DNA of 64,000 nt from Macrostomum lignano (taxonomy: Eukaryota): the NCBI GenBank assembly GCA_002269645.1, contig NIVC01003027.1, positions 1 through 64,000 of the forward strand, in the 5' to 3' direction. Position numbers and translations under genes: made by a program. Below are positions 26,635-38,600 of this stretch, piece after piece; the first letter of the stretch is position 1, and each line of letters starts with the position of its first letter. The notes under the pieces were generated by a model. It was not told where the DNA came from and searched no databases. It was given only the letters and a program-made list of their open reading frames with translations.

Positions 26635-28140
26635 GCGGATAGATGAGTGGATAGATGATGGATAGATGATCTGATAGATGAACGATAGATGAGGGATAGA
26701 TGATCTGATAGATGAGGGATAGATGATCTGATAGATGAACGATAGATGAACGATAGATGATCTGATAGATGAACGATAGATGAACGATAGATGATCTGAT
26801 AGATTATCGATAGATGAGGGATAGATGAGCGGATAGATGAGGGATAGATGAGGGATAGATGAGGGATAGATGAGCGGATAGATGAGCGGATGAGCGAGTA
26901 GATGAGGGATAGATGAGCGGATGAGCGAGTAGATGAGGGATAGATGAGCGGATGAGCGGATAGATGAGGGATAGATGAGCGGATGAGCGAGTAGATGAGG
27001 GATAGATGAGCGGATGAGCGGATAGATGAAGGATAGATGAGCGGATAGATGAGCGGATGAGCGAGTAGATGAGGGATAGATGAGCGGATAGATGAGGGAT
27101 AGATGAGGGATAGATGAGGGATAGATGAGGGATAGATGAGCGGATAGATGAGCGGATGAGCGAGTAGATGAGGGATAGATGAGCGGATGAGCGAGTAGAT
27201 GAGGGATAGATGAGCGGATGAGCGGATAGATGAGGGATAGATGAGCGGATGAGCGAGTAGATGAGGGATAGATGAGCGGATGAGCGGATAGATGAAGGAT
27301 AGATGAGCGGATAGATAAGCGAGTAGATGAGGGATAGATGAGCGGATGAGCGGATAGATAAGCGAGTAGATGAGGGATAGATGAGCGGATGAGCGGGTAG
27401 ATGAGGGATAGATGAGCGGATAGATAAGCGAGTAGATGAGGGACAGATGAGCGGATGAGCGGATAGATGAAGGATAGATGAGCGGATGAGCGGATAGATG
27501 AAGGATAGATGAGCGGATAGATGAGCGGATGAGCGAGTAGATGAGGGATAGATGAGCGGATGAGCGGGTAGATGAGGGATAGATGAGCGGATAGATAAGC
27601 GAGTAGATGAGGGATAGATGAGCGGATGAGCGGATAGATAAGCGAGTAGATGAGGGATAGATGAGCGGATGAGCGGGTAGATGAGGGATAGATGAGCGGA
27701 TAGATAAGCGAGTAGATGAGGGACAGATGAGCGGATGAGCGAGTAGATGAGGGATAGATGAGCGGATGAGCGAGTAGATGAGGGATAGATGAGCGGATGA
27801 GCGAGTAGATGAGGGATAGATGAGGGATAGATGAGCGGATAGATGAGCGGATGAGCGAGTAGATGAGGGATAGATGAGCGGATGAGCGAGTAGATGAAGG
27901 ATAGATGAGGGATAGATGAGCGGATAGATGAGCGGATGAGCGAGTAGATGAGGGATAGATGAGCGGATGAGCGAGTAGATGAGGGATAGATGAGCGGATG
28001 AGCGAGTAGATGAGGGATAGATGAGCGGATGAGCGAGTAGATGAGGGATAGATGAGCGGATGAGCGAGTAGATGAGGGATAGATGAGCGGATGAGCGAGT
28101 AGATGAGGGATAGATGAGCGGATGAGCGGATAGATCAGGA
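26635..28140. repeat. Composite purine-rich minisatellite of ATAGATGAGGG/ATGAGCGG/GAGCGAGT modules (GATA-derived)
   Basis: Direct reading; ORF 26804..28162 (-) is its translation. Confidence 0.95.
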
Positions 28141-29089
28141 TAGATGCGTTGATGTGGGTCATATTAAGAATGATCTGTTAGGCGAATATTTTAAATCTGT
28201 TTGTCGCAAATATCGCAGGAAGAAGCGATGACTTCCGGGATTTGAAGTTTCAAAAATAATGCCAAATTAATTGAAGAATGGCGTGCCCGGGAAGGATTGA
28301 AAACGGTAGCAGTCGTGCAGTCCCTGTCGGATCAGAGCAGCCGCCAATGCATGTACGAAGAGATGCCTCAGTGATTGTATGAAATATGAAAGCAACGGAT
28401 ATCTGGCCAGACGATCTCAGCCTTATCACCTCTGATGTCTAATTGAGCCGGCCGTGCAGTCTGCTGATCCCCGCTAAATCCCAAATCCCATTCATACATG
28501 CGGATAGAAGGAGTCAGACGGGAAGCAGGGCAAAAAAAGTTGTTGCTTCAGTTAGAAATCTTTTACTGATAGTGAGGGGAATCGAAATAGAGGATTAAGC
28601 GATTGCTGCTTTTGCGTGTGCCGCTCGGGCCCGGTTTATCTGTCGCTAACTCTGACGCGTGAGACTCAAACGATGATCAATCTGCTGGGGCATCGGCAAC
28701 CGGAGATCAACATGCTGCTCGGCGCGGGAGCTGAGCTGTCACCGAACTGTGTCAGCGTGCAGATCTCTGCGCCCTGACACGCAAATGTTGATTGCTATGA
28801 AACCTTTTAAAAAAACGTTTTTTTAATGAAAAAACTGTTCGAACTTGGACTTGAATTTGTTTTTTTCTTTTGAACTGGAGCTCTCGATTTTGGTCACTAA
28901 AATGTTGAAAGCTCGTTTGAGATTCCAATAATTAGATAAATAATAACTCTGGTTTGGTCCGGGGTTAACATCCGGTGTATGGAGGTCGTGCGCTTGCCAT
29001 ACTACCTGTCTGTTTAACAGTAGCGAGTACAGAGCTTTTTTTAGAAGTGGAGCTTAATTTTAGACCTATCAGAGCTGTTATAATAAAGC

Positions 29090-29990
29090 TGGGTGAATGG
29101 GAAAAGGGGTGGGGGTAAATGGGTGAATGGGTAAATGGGTGAAGGGGTGAATGGGTGAATGGGTGAATGGGTGAAGGGGTGAATGGGTGAATGGGTGAAT
29201 GGGTGAAGGGGTGAATGAGTGAGTGGTTAAAAAAATGAAGGGTTTAGGGTGAAGGGTGAAGGGGTGAAGGGGTGAATGTGTGAAGCGGTGAAGGCGTGGA
29301 GGGGTGGAGGGAGGAAGGGCTAAATAGGTGAGAGGGGAAGGTGTGAGACTGGGTGAAGGTGTGACTGGGTGAAGGTGTGACTGGGTGAAGGTGTGACTGA
29401 GTGAAGGTGTGACTGGGTGAAGGTGTGACTGGGTGAAGGTGTGACTGAGTGAAGGTGTGACTGGGTGAAGGTGTGACTGGGTGAAGGTGTGACTGAGTGA
29501 AGGTGTGACTGAGTGAAGGTGTGACTGAGTGAAGGTGTGACTGAGTGAAGGTGTGACTGAGTGAAGGTGTGACTGAGTGAAGGTGTGACTGAGTGAAGGT
29601 GTGACTGAGTGAAGGTGTGACTGAGTGAAGGTGTGACTGAGTGAAGGTGTGACTGAGTGAAGGTGTGACTGAGTGAAGGTGTGACTGAGTGAAGGTGTGA
29701 CTGAGTGAAGGTGTGACTGAGTGAAGGTGTGACTGAGTGAAGGTGTGACTGAGTGAAGGTGTGACTGAGTGAAGGTGTGACTGAGTGAAGGTGTGACTGA
29801 GTGAAGGTGTGACTGAGTGAAGGTGTGACTGAGTGAAGGTGTGACTGAGTGAAGGTGTGACTGAGTGAAGGTGTGACTGAGTGAAGGTGTGACTGAGTGA
29901 AGGTGTGACTGAGTGAAGGTGTGACTGAGTGAAGGTGTGACTGAGTGAAGGTGTGACTGAGTGAAGGTGTGACTGAGTGAAGGTGTGACT
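29090..29990. repeat. (GGGTGAATG)-type low-complexity stretch then 16-bp minisatellite (GTGAAGGTGTGACTGA)n from ~29341
   Basis: Direct reading. Confidence 0.96.
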
Positions 29991-30631
29991 GTCATTTGAT
30001 TTGCTATGCGTAGGAACCTCTGGTTCAAAAACTTGCTAAAAACTCGCATAGTTTTTCTTTTAATAGGTAAGAATTCCTACGAGCCGTATTTTTAAGGATG
30101 AATATGGCCGTCCTTTATATGGTTAATATTTTCTGTGGCAATTTCTTTTTACACTACTACTAGTAAGAGACTTCGCTAATTCTATTACTATTTTGAGAGT
30201 AATAAAACAAGTGAAATCAAAGACAGTGGAGGCTGGTTCCGCTGCATTGAAATACAATGGAAGCTTCTCGAAAAGAGCCCTTTGTTAGGCGCTGATAGTG
30301 TAATTGTAAAAAATTAATCAGGCGATGCATTTGCTATTTAGCTGCTAGAAGGGGTTTTGCGTAGCATGATGAGTCAGGTGTGTGAGAGGCTGTGCGAGCG
30401 CAGAGCTGGTGTAAAGTCAGCTTCCTCACAAAAATGATTTCATCAACAAGAAGCGGGTTTTTATTGAATTCAGGAAATGGGGATTATGAGGGAAAATAAA
30501 AAAATGCACTAAATTATTTTTTGCCTATTTCATTGAGTTAGGAACGTAAAAATGAGACAAAAACACACAGAGGAATTTAAATAATTTCAACATTCTGAGA
30601 GAAAAAGCAGGATTCAATTTTTTTCTGGTAT

Positions 30632-31230
30632 AGTCAGAGAGAGGAGAGTCAGAGAGAGGTGAGTCAAAGAGAGGAGAGTCAGAGAGAGGAGAGTCAGAGA
30701 GAGGAGAGTCAGAGAGAGGAGAGTCAGAGAGAGGAGAGTCAGAGAGAGGAGATTCAGAGAGAGGAGAGTCAGAGAGAGGAGAGTCAGAGAGAGGAGAGTC
30801 AGTGAGAGGAGAGTCAGAGAGAGAAGAGTCAGAGAGAGGAGATTCAGAGAGAGGAGAGTCAGTGAGAGGAGAGTCAGAGAGAGAAGAGTCAGAGAGAGGA
30901 GATTCAGAGAGAGGAGAGTCAGAGAGAGAAGAGTCAGAGAGATGAGAGTCAGAGAGAGGAGATTCAGAGAGAGGAGAGTCAGAGAGAGGAGAGTCAGAGA
31001 GAGGAGAGTCAGTGAGAGGAGAGTCAGAGAGAGAAGAGTCAGAGAGAGGAGATTCAGAGAGAGGAGAGTCAGAGAGAGGAGAGTCAGAGAGAGGAGAGTC
31101 AGAGAGAGAAGAGTCAGAGAGAGGAGATTCAGAGAGAGAGAGGAGAGTTAGAGAGAGGAGAGTCAGAGAGAGGAGAGTCAAAGAGAGGAGAGTCAGAGAG
31201 AGGAGAGTCAGAGAGAGGAGAGTCAGAGAG
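30632..31230. repeat. 15-bp minisatellite (GAGTCAGAGAGAGGA)n
   Basis: Direct reading; 5-aa periodicity. Confidence 0.96.
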
Positions 31231-32235
31231 AGGGAGAAACTGGAAGAGGGAGAGTCAGGGAGAAGGGGAAGCAGATAAGGAGAGTGAAGAGAGTGAGAAA
31301 CAGGGGAGAGAAAGACGCTAGGAGCCTGTAGTAGGGATTAGCAGAGGAAGATGAAGAGAGGCAGAGTGAGAAAGCGAGCTGAGATAGCGGGAGAAGGAAG
31401 ACAACGGAGCAGCATGTGGAGAGATTTATGAAATGAAAAGCTGAAGTGAGTGAGGCTTGCAGCAGATTTGGAAAGGCAAGTCTAATACCATAAACTATAA
31501 ACAAAGTGCGGTTGCGACAGTGAATGGGGTGCAATGTCACTAAGGTTTAGACTTTTGTTAGCTAATTAATCATTTTCGGAATTTTTTGACAATAACCTGT
31601 CCACGAGCGAATGACAAATGCGAGCGACTTGAAAAGGTCAGACGAGAGAGGAAGAGACCGATGATGAAGGTTTTGCATTGAGCAGGCAGCTTGCGGGGCT
31701 GGCGTCAGCAACTATACCCTATCGTTTCCCTTCCTACATGCAGGATCCCGCTTTCTGTTTGTAAAATGCCGGCATTTCCATGCAGTTTTAGCTGCATTGT
31801 AGCAGTCCCGCAGTCTCTATCAGGGACCTCTGGATGCACCTGGACGCGAACTCGTTCAGCTTTTGATTAAGTTGAATCGATTTTTGCGTTTTTTGGAAGG
31901 TTAAACTCATACTCATGCCTAGGAATGATATAAAAATTTATGCAAGTTATTTAGAGTTTTTATAAATTTCGTCGCATCATCCTATAAAATGTAGTAGTGG
32001 CTACGTGCGTCCAGTCCAAATACATTTATTTCAAGGTCCCTGCTCCCCTCACTCTGCACAGCTGCACCTTGGGAACCAATGAAATTCATCCTACAGCACA
32101 GGGGGCTGATAGACAGGCCACACGCTCAGGGCTATATACATGGATTAAGCACAGTCTTAGCTAGACTACAGTTTAGTGGGTTTTTTGGTTTTTCGTTAAC
32201 TTTGAAGCCCGGTTGATGCTCTCAGCTCAATCGAA

Positions 32236-33516
32236 ATGAGCAGCCGGAGATATCCGTACGCTTCGTCCGTGTCCTCGGCTGAGTCCAGAGACTACAGGCG
32301 GCACAGGCGGCGGCAGGCCAAGCAGCAGAAGCAACTGGCTCTGCCAGACAGCCCTTGTCAGCTGCAGCACCAGCGCCAGCACCAGACAGATGCCGCTCCT
32401 ACTCACGAGGTTCACGTAAACTATGCCGACCGGCTCTACCGGCTGACGGGACTTGAGCAGGCGGCCACGTGCCAGGATTTGATCTTCGCCCTGCTGTGGT
32501 TCCGCAGCTTGCACGGCGGCAGGCGGAAACGCCAGAAGACTCAAAGCCAGATGGAGCGCCAGGAAGCTGAGCTCATGGCCGAGGCCGTCAAGCACGAGCT
32601 GGTGATCGACTTTCCAGGCAGAGTGAAGCGGGTTCGCGGCCACCTGCCGGTGCTGCGACTCCTGACTCATCTGCGTCGGCGAGCGAACGGGCGGAGCTTC
32701 CAGCTGCGGGTTCGTCAGCGGCGATCGGTGGCGATGCTAGCCGCGGCTGCGGCCGCTTCCACAGCCGCTGAAGAGGAGGAGCAGTCGCTGGAGCTGCGCA
32801 TTGTCGACTGGGGACCCGGCGACGAGCGGTGCGGACGGCATTGGCGCAATGAGCAGGCGGCGGCCGTGGCGGCGGCGGCGGTGACTAGGGGAGGCGCATC
32901 GACCAGGAACAGCAGCAGCAGAAACGGCGGTGACGGCTGCGGCGGCGAAGACAGTGGCGGAGGCGGCGGAGGGCTGGACCCAGCCGACAAGGCTCTGATG
33001 CTGGAGTGGATGCGGAAGCTGAACTTCCCGGTCGATCGCTTTGACGGCAACGCCGACGAAAGCGGGGGCCGCGACGGTGACGGCGGCGGGTGCAGCGGCG
33101 GCAGAGTAAAAAGCCTTCAGGTCAGCTTTCGGCATCAGACGCGTCGACGCGTGTTTAAAGCGTCAGCTTTGCCACCCGACGCCGAGGACGATGATGACGA
33201 AGACTACGTAGAAGAAGACGACGTCGACGATGACGATGCGGACTTCGGCAAAGAAGAATTCCAAGGTGAGCAGCGACGTCAGGCGCAGAGCAGTTGCTAC
33301 TGCCTGCCAAGCGTCGTGGTTGCCGGCCGTCGAGACGACAGCAGCGACACCGGGGTCGACTGTCTGACGCCGTCAGATTTAACTGGTACCGCTGGTGCCG
33401 CCGCCAGCGAGCTGACCGCCGTGAAAAGTTTGCCCGACAGTGAGAATGCGTGCCGAACTCAGTGCATTATCGAATTGGATTGGCCGGATTTTGCCTACAT
33501 CGCTACTCCCGTGTGA
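32236..33516 (+). CDS. Divergent N-terminal RASSF-like (RASSF9/10-type) Ras-association domain protein, 426 aa, single coding exon
   Basis: Non-repetitive GC-rich ORF. EVHVNYADRLYRLTGLEQAATCQDLIFALL...ELVIDFPGRVKRVRGHLPVLRLL...FQLRVR fits the N-RASSF RA-domain pattern. DDSSDTGVD resembles the DSDTG motif of RASSF9/10. Ends in a class I PDZ-binding motif (ATPV). The CDS is well supported; the family call is by eye. Confidence 0.7.
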   Translation: MSSRRYPYASSVSSAESRDYRRHRRRQAKQQKQLALPDSPCQLQHQRQHQTDAAPTHEVHVNYADRLYRLTGLEQAATCQDLIFALLWFRSLHGGRRKRQKTQSQMERQEAELMAEAVKHELVIDFPGRVKRVRGHLPVLRLLTHLRRRANGRSFQLRVRQRRSVAMLAAAAAASTAAEEEEQSLELRIVDWGPGDERCGRHWRNEQAAAVAAAAVTRGGASTRNSSSRNGGDGCGGEDSGGGGGGLDPADKALMLEWMRKLNFPVDRFDGNADESGGRDGDGGGCSGGRVKSLQVSFRHQTRRRVFKASALPPDAEDDDDEDYVEEDDVDDDDADFGKEEFQGEQRRQAQSSCYCLPSVVVAGRRDDSSDTGVDCLTPSDLTGTAGAAASELTAVKSLPDSENACRTQCIIELDWPDFAYIATPV

Positions 33517-33664
33517 GGGCGTCGCATCACCGTCAACAGGCCCTTGTAATTATTGAATGGATTGTAAATCGCTCAGCTCTTTCTGTACTTGCCCTCTTGA
33601 ATAGTTAAATTGCTAATTTCACTTTCTGCGCGGTATTTTGATGTTGCATCGGTTCGGCTTGAGG

Positions 33665-34450
33665 CTGCAGGCATGGAGTGGGGTTGAGTAGGGCATGGGG
33701 TAGAGTAGGCATGGAGTGGGGTAGAGTAGGCATGGAGTGGGGTAGAGTAGGGCATGGGGTAGAGTAGGCATGTAGTGGGGTAGAGTAGGGCATGGGGTAG
33801 AGTAGGGCATGGGGTAGAGTAGGGCATGGGGTAGAGTAGGGCATGGGGTAGAGTAGGCATGTAGTGGGGTAGAGTAGGGCATGGGGTAGAGTAGGCATGG
33901 AGTGGGGTTGAGTAGGGCATGGGGTAGAGTAGGCATGTAGTGGGGTAGAGTAGGGCATGGGGTAGAGTAGGCATGGAGTGGGGTGAGTAGGGCATGGGGT
34001 AGAGTAGGCATGTAGTGGGGTAGAGTAGGGCATGGGGTAGAGTAGGCATGGAGTGGGGTTGAGTAGGGCATGGGGTAGAGTAGGCATAGAGTGGGGTAGA
34101 GTAGGGCATGGATTAGAGTAGACAGAGAGTTCAATAGAGTAGACATAGAGTGGAGTGACTAGACAGAGTGGAGTAGAGTAGATATATAGTGGAGTAGAGT
34201 AGACAGAGTGGTGTATAGTAGACAGAGTGGTGTATAGTAGACAGAGTGGAGTATGGTAGACAGAGTGGAGTAGAGTAGATATATAGTGGAGTAGAGTAGA
34301 CAGAGTGGTGTATAGTAGACAGAGTGGTGTATAGTAGACAGAGTGGAGTATGGTAGACAGAGTGGAGTAGAGTAGATATAGAGTGGAGTAGAGTAGACAG
34401 AGTGGAGTAGAGTAAATATAGAGTGGAGTAAAGTAGACAGAGTGGAGTTT
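33665..34450. repeat. G-rich composite minisatellites (GTAGAGTAGGGCATGGG-type, then GTAGACAGAGTGGAGTAGA-type)
   Basis: Direct reading; begins ~150 bp after the RASSF-like stop. Confidence 0.93.
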
Positions 34451-35689
34451 GCGTCAATTAGGATGATGTAGATTGTGGATATAAGAAGCTGGAACATAGA
34501 CGTGGCTCAAGGCTGCACAATTATCTGAGCCGTACCTTCAAATCGAAGCATTGAGCCTCATTAAAAAAAACAATCAGCTTTCATCACCGCCTCATCCGTG
34601 ATTTGTTTTCCATTTCTATTAGAACTAAGCCGCTACCTCCCTTTTCAGTCACTTTTCCTTCGACTTATTGTCCCAATAAGTGTAAAAAAACCCAATAAAT
34701 ATTCTCTGTATTGAATAATCAGTCTATTAATAACTATTAAAAATCTTTCCGAGTGAAACAGAAAACGGATTTATTCGAGTTTATTTGTCTCCAGATTCGG
34801 GATCTGTCTGATCGATAATGCATTGTCAATGAGTCAGAATGCTGCAGAGAGATATAGGTATAGGGGAGAGAGATGAGACGGTGACACAAAAACCATTTAT
34901 TTTAGAGTATTCATTTTCAATATCCCATAGGTGATCAATCAGGCTCAATAGGGATTTGGCGATAAAGAATGAGCGAGTGCGGGGAGAAGGCAGAGCTTGA
35001 GCTGGGAAGCTGACATCATTGATACAAAGAGAAGTCTGCACATGGCGGCTGCTCTCTACCAAAGAGGTCCGGAGTCAGAACTTGGAGTTGACGACTCTTC
35101 GCCAACACCTCAGCAACTCCAGCTTCTGCTTGTGGGCCTCCTTGGCCCAGGTGTCCAGGTGAGTTAGAGCTCAAGCCCATATAATCTGTTTCCTTGCTTT
35201 GACCGATGACCGGTCATAAGTCAACCTGAGGAGAGTTGGGGAGAAGGAAACGGTTTCGCGTGAGGGAGAGAACTGATAGGGAGGGAGAGACCGGATGCTT
35301 CGATCCTCCTCGCGGGCTCTCTGCCTCTCTGGACGGCTGCTTTTTTGATCCTTGCTTGCATTTTTGTTGAGACGCCAGGCCTTATAAAATCGCGGCTTCG
35401 CGTAACCAATACTTAATGTTTAAGAAGGTTTCGTTCGCCAGGCTAAGCAGCCTGGTAGCCATAATAGCTAATTGAATTTTGCGCAGTTACAAATGCGTGA
35501 AAATATTTATAATTGTGCTTGGAGTCTCTAATTTGTTCCATATAGCTGAGAGAGTTCAGGTGAGAACTCTAACTGACGGGAGGGTTAACTGACTTTGGGT
35601 AATTCGTAAGTTATCAAGTATTTGAGTTAAACAGAAAATATCCGCAAAATATTTTCCTGAATCGATTAAGTGCGGCAAAGTATGGTAGT

Positions 35690-38600
35690 GAGACAGTGGA
35701 TTGCTAATCTAGTCTCAATCATAGAGGAATAGAGTGGGTTGCAAATCTATTCTCAATGATAGAGGAATAGAGTGGATTGCTAATCTAGTCTCAATCATAG
35801 AGGAATAGAGTGGATTGCTAATCTAGTCTCAATCATAGAGGAATAGAGTGGATTGCTAATCTAGTCTCAATCATAGAGGAATAGAGTGGATTGCTAATCT
35901 AGTCTCAATCATAGAGGAATAGAGTGGATTGCTAATCTATTCTCAAACATAGAGGAATAGAGTGGATTGCTAATCTATTCTCAATCATAGAGGAATAGAG
36001 TGGGGTGCTAATCTATTCTCAATCATAGATGAATAGAGTGGATTGCTAATCTAGTCTCAATCATAGAGGATTAGAGTGGGGTGCTAATCTAGTCTCAATC
36101 ATAGAGGAATAGAATGGATTGCTAATCTATTCTCAATCATAGAGGATTAGAGTGGATTGATAATCTAGTCTCAATCATAGAGGAATAGAGTGGATTGCTA
36201 ATCTGAATCATAGAGGATTAGAGTGGATTGATAATCTAGTCTCAATCATAGAGGATTAGAGTTGATTGATAATCTAGTCTCAATCATAGAAGAATAGAAT
36301 GGATTGCTAATCTAGTCTCAATCATAGAGGATTAGAATGGATTGCTAATCTAGTCTCAATCATAGAGGATTAGAATGGATTGCTAATCTAGTCTCAATCA
36401 TAGAGGATTAAAGTGGATTGCTAATCTAGTCTCAATCATAGAGGATTAGAGTGGATTGTAATCTAGTCTCAATCATAGAGGATTAGAGTGGATTGTAATC
36501 TAGTCTCAATCATAGAGGATTAAAGTGGATTGATAATCTAGTCTCAATGATAGAGGAATAGAGTGGATTGCTAATCTAGTCTCAATCATAGAGGAATAGA
36601 GTGGATTGCTTATCTAGTCTCAATCATAGAGGATTAGAGTTGATTGATAATCTAGTCTCAATCATAGAGGAGTAGAGTGGATTGATAATCTAGTCTCAAT
36701 CATAGAAGAACAGAATGGATTGCTAATCTAGTCTCAATCATAGAGGATTAGAATGGATTGCTAATCTAGTCTCAATCATAGAGGATTAGAATGGATTGCT
36801 AATCTAGTCTCAATCATAGAGGATTAGAGTGGATTGATAATCTAGTCTCAATCATAGAGGATTAGAGTGGATTGCTAATCTAGTCTCAATCATAGAGGAT
36901 TAGAGTGGATTGCTAATCTATTCTCAATCATAGATGAATAGAGTGGATTGCTAATCTAGTCTCAATCATAGAGGAATAGAGTGGGGTGCTAATCTAGTCT
37001 CAATCATAGAGGATTAGAGTGGATTGCTAATCTATTCTCAATCATAAATGAATAGAGTGGATTGCTAATCTAGTCTCAATCATAGAGGAATAGAGTGGGG
37101 TGCTAATCTAGTCCCAATCATAGAGGATTAGAGTGGATTGCTAATCTATTCTCAATCATAGATGAATAGAGTGGATTGCTAATCTAGTCTCAATCATAGA
37201 GGAATAGTATGGATTGCTAATCTATTCTCAATCATAGAGGATTAGAGTGGATTGCTAATCTAGTCTCAATCATAGAGGAATAGAGTGGATTGCTAATCTA
37301 GTCTCAATCATAGAGGAATAGAGTGGATTGCTAATCTGAATCATAGAGGATTAGAGTGGATTGATAATCTAGTCTCAATCATAGAGGATTAGAATGGATT
37401 GCTAATCTAGTCTCAATCATAGAGGATTAGAATGGATTGCTAATCTAGTCTCAATCATAGAGGATTAAAGTGGATTGCTAATCCAGTCTCAATCATAGAG
37501 GATTAGAGTGGATTGTAATCTAGTCTCAATCATAGAGGATTAGAGTTGATTGATAATCTAGTCTCAATCATAGAGGATTAAAGTGGATTGATAATCTAGT
37601 CTCAATGATAGAGGAATAGAGTGGATTGCTAATCTAGTCTCAATCATAGAGGAATAGAGTGGATTGCTAATCTAGTCTCAATCATAGAGGATTAAAGTGG
37701 ACTGATAATCTAGTCTCAATCATAGAGGATTAGAGTGGATTGTAATCTAGTCTCAATCATAGAGGATTAAAGTGGATTGATAATCTAGTCTCAATGATAG
37801 AGGAATAGAGTGGATTGCTAATCTAGTCTCAATCATAGAGGAATAGAGTGGATTGCTAATCTAGTCTCAATCATAGAGGATTAAAGTGGACTGATAATCT
37901 AGTCTCAATCATAGAGGATTAGAGTTGATTGATAATCTAGTCTCAATCATAGAAGAATAGAATGGATTGCTAATCTAGTCTCAATCATAGAGGATTAGAA
38001 TGGATTGCTAATCTAGTCTCAATCATAGAGGATTAGAATGGATTGCTAATCTAGTCTCAATCATAGAGGATTAGAATGGATTGCTAATCTAGTCTCAATC
38101 ATAGAGGAATAGAGTGGGTTGATAATCTAGTCTCAATCATAGAGGATTAGAGTGGATTGCTAATCTAGTCTCAATCATAGAGGATTAGAGTGGATTGCTA
38201 ATCTAGTCCCAATCATAGAGGATTATAGTGGATTGCTAATCTATTCTCAATCATAGATGAATAGAGTGGATTGCTAATCTAGTCTCAATCATAGAGGATT
38301 AGAATGGATTGCTAATCTAGTCTCAATCATAGAGGATTAGAGTGGATTGATAATCTAGTCTCAATCATAGAGGATTAGAGTGGATTGCTAATCTAGTCTC
38401 AATCATAGAGGATTAGAGTGGATTGCTAATCTATTCTCAATCATAGATGAATAGAGTGGATTGCTAATCTAGTCTCAATCATAGAGGAATAGAGTGGGGT
38501 GCTAATCTAGTCTCAATCATAGAGGATTAGAGTGGATTGCTAATCTATTCTCAATCATAAATGAATAGAGTGGATTGCTAATCTAGTCTCAATCATAGAG

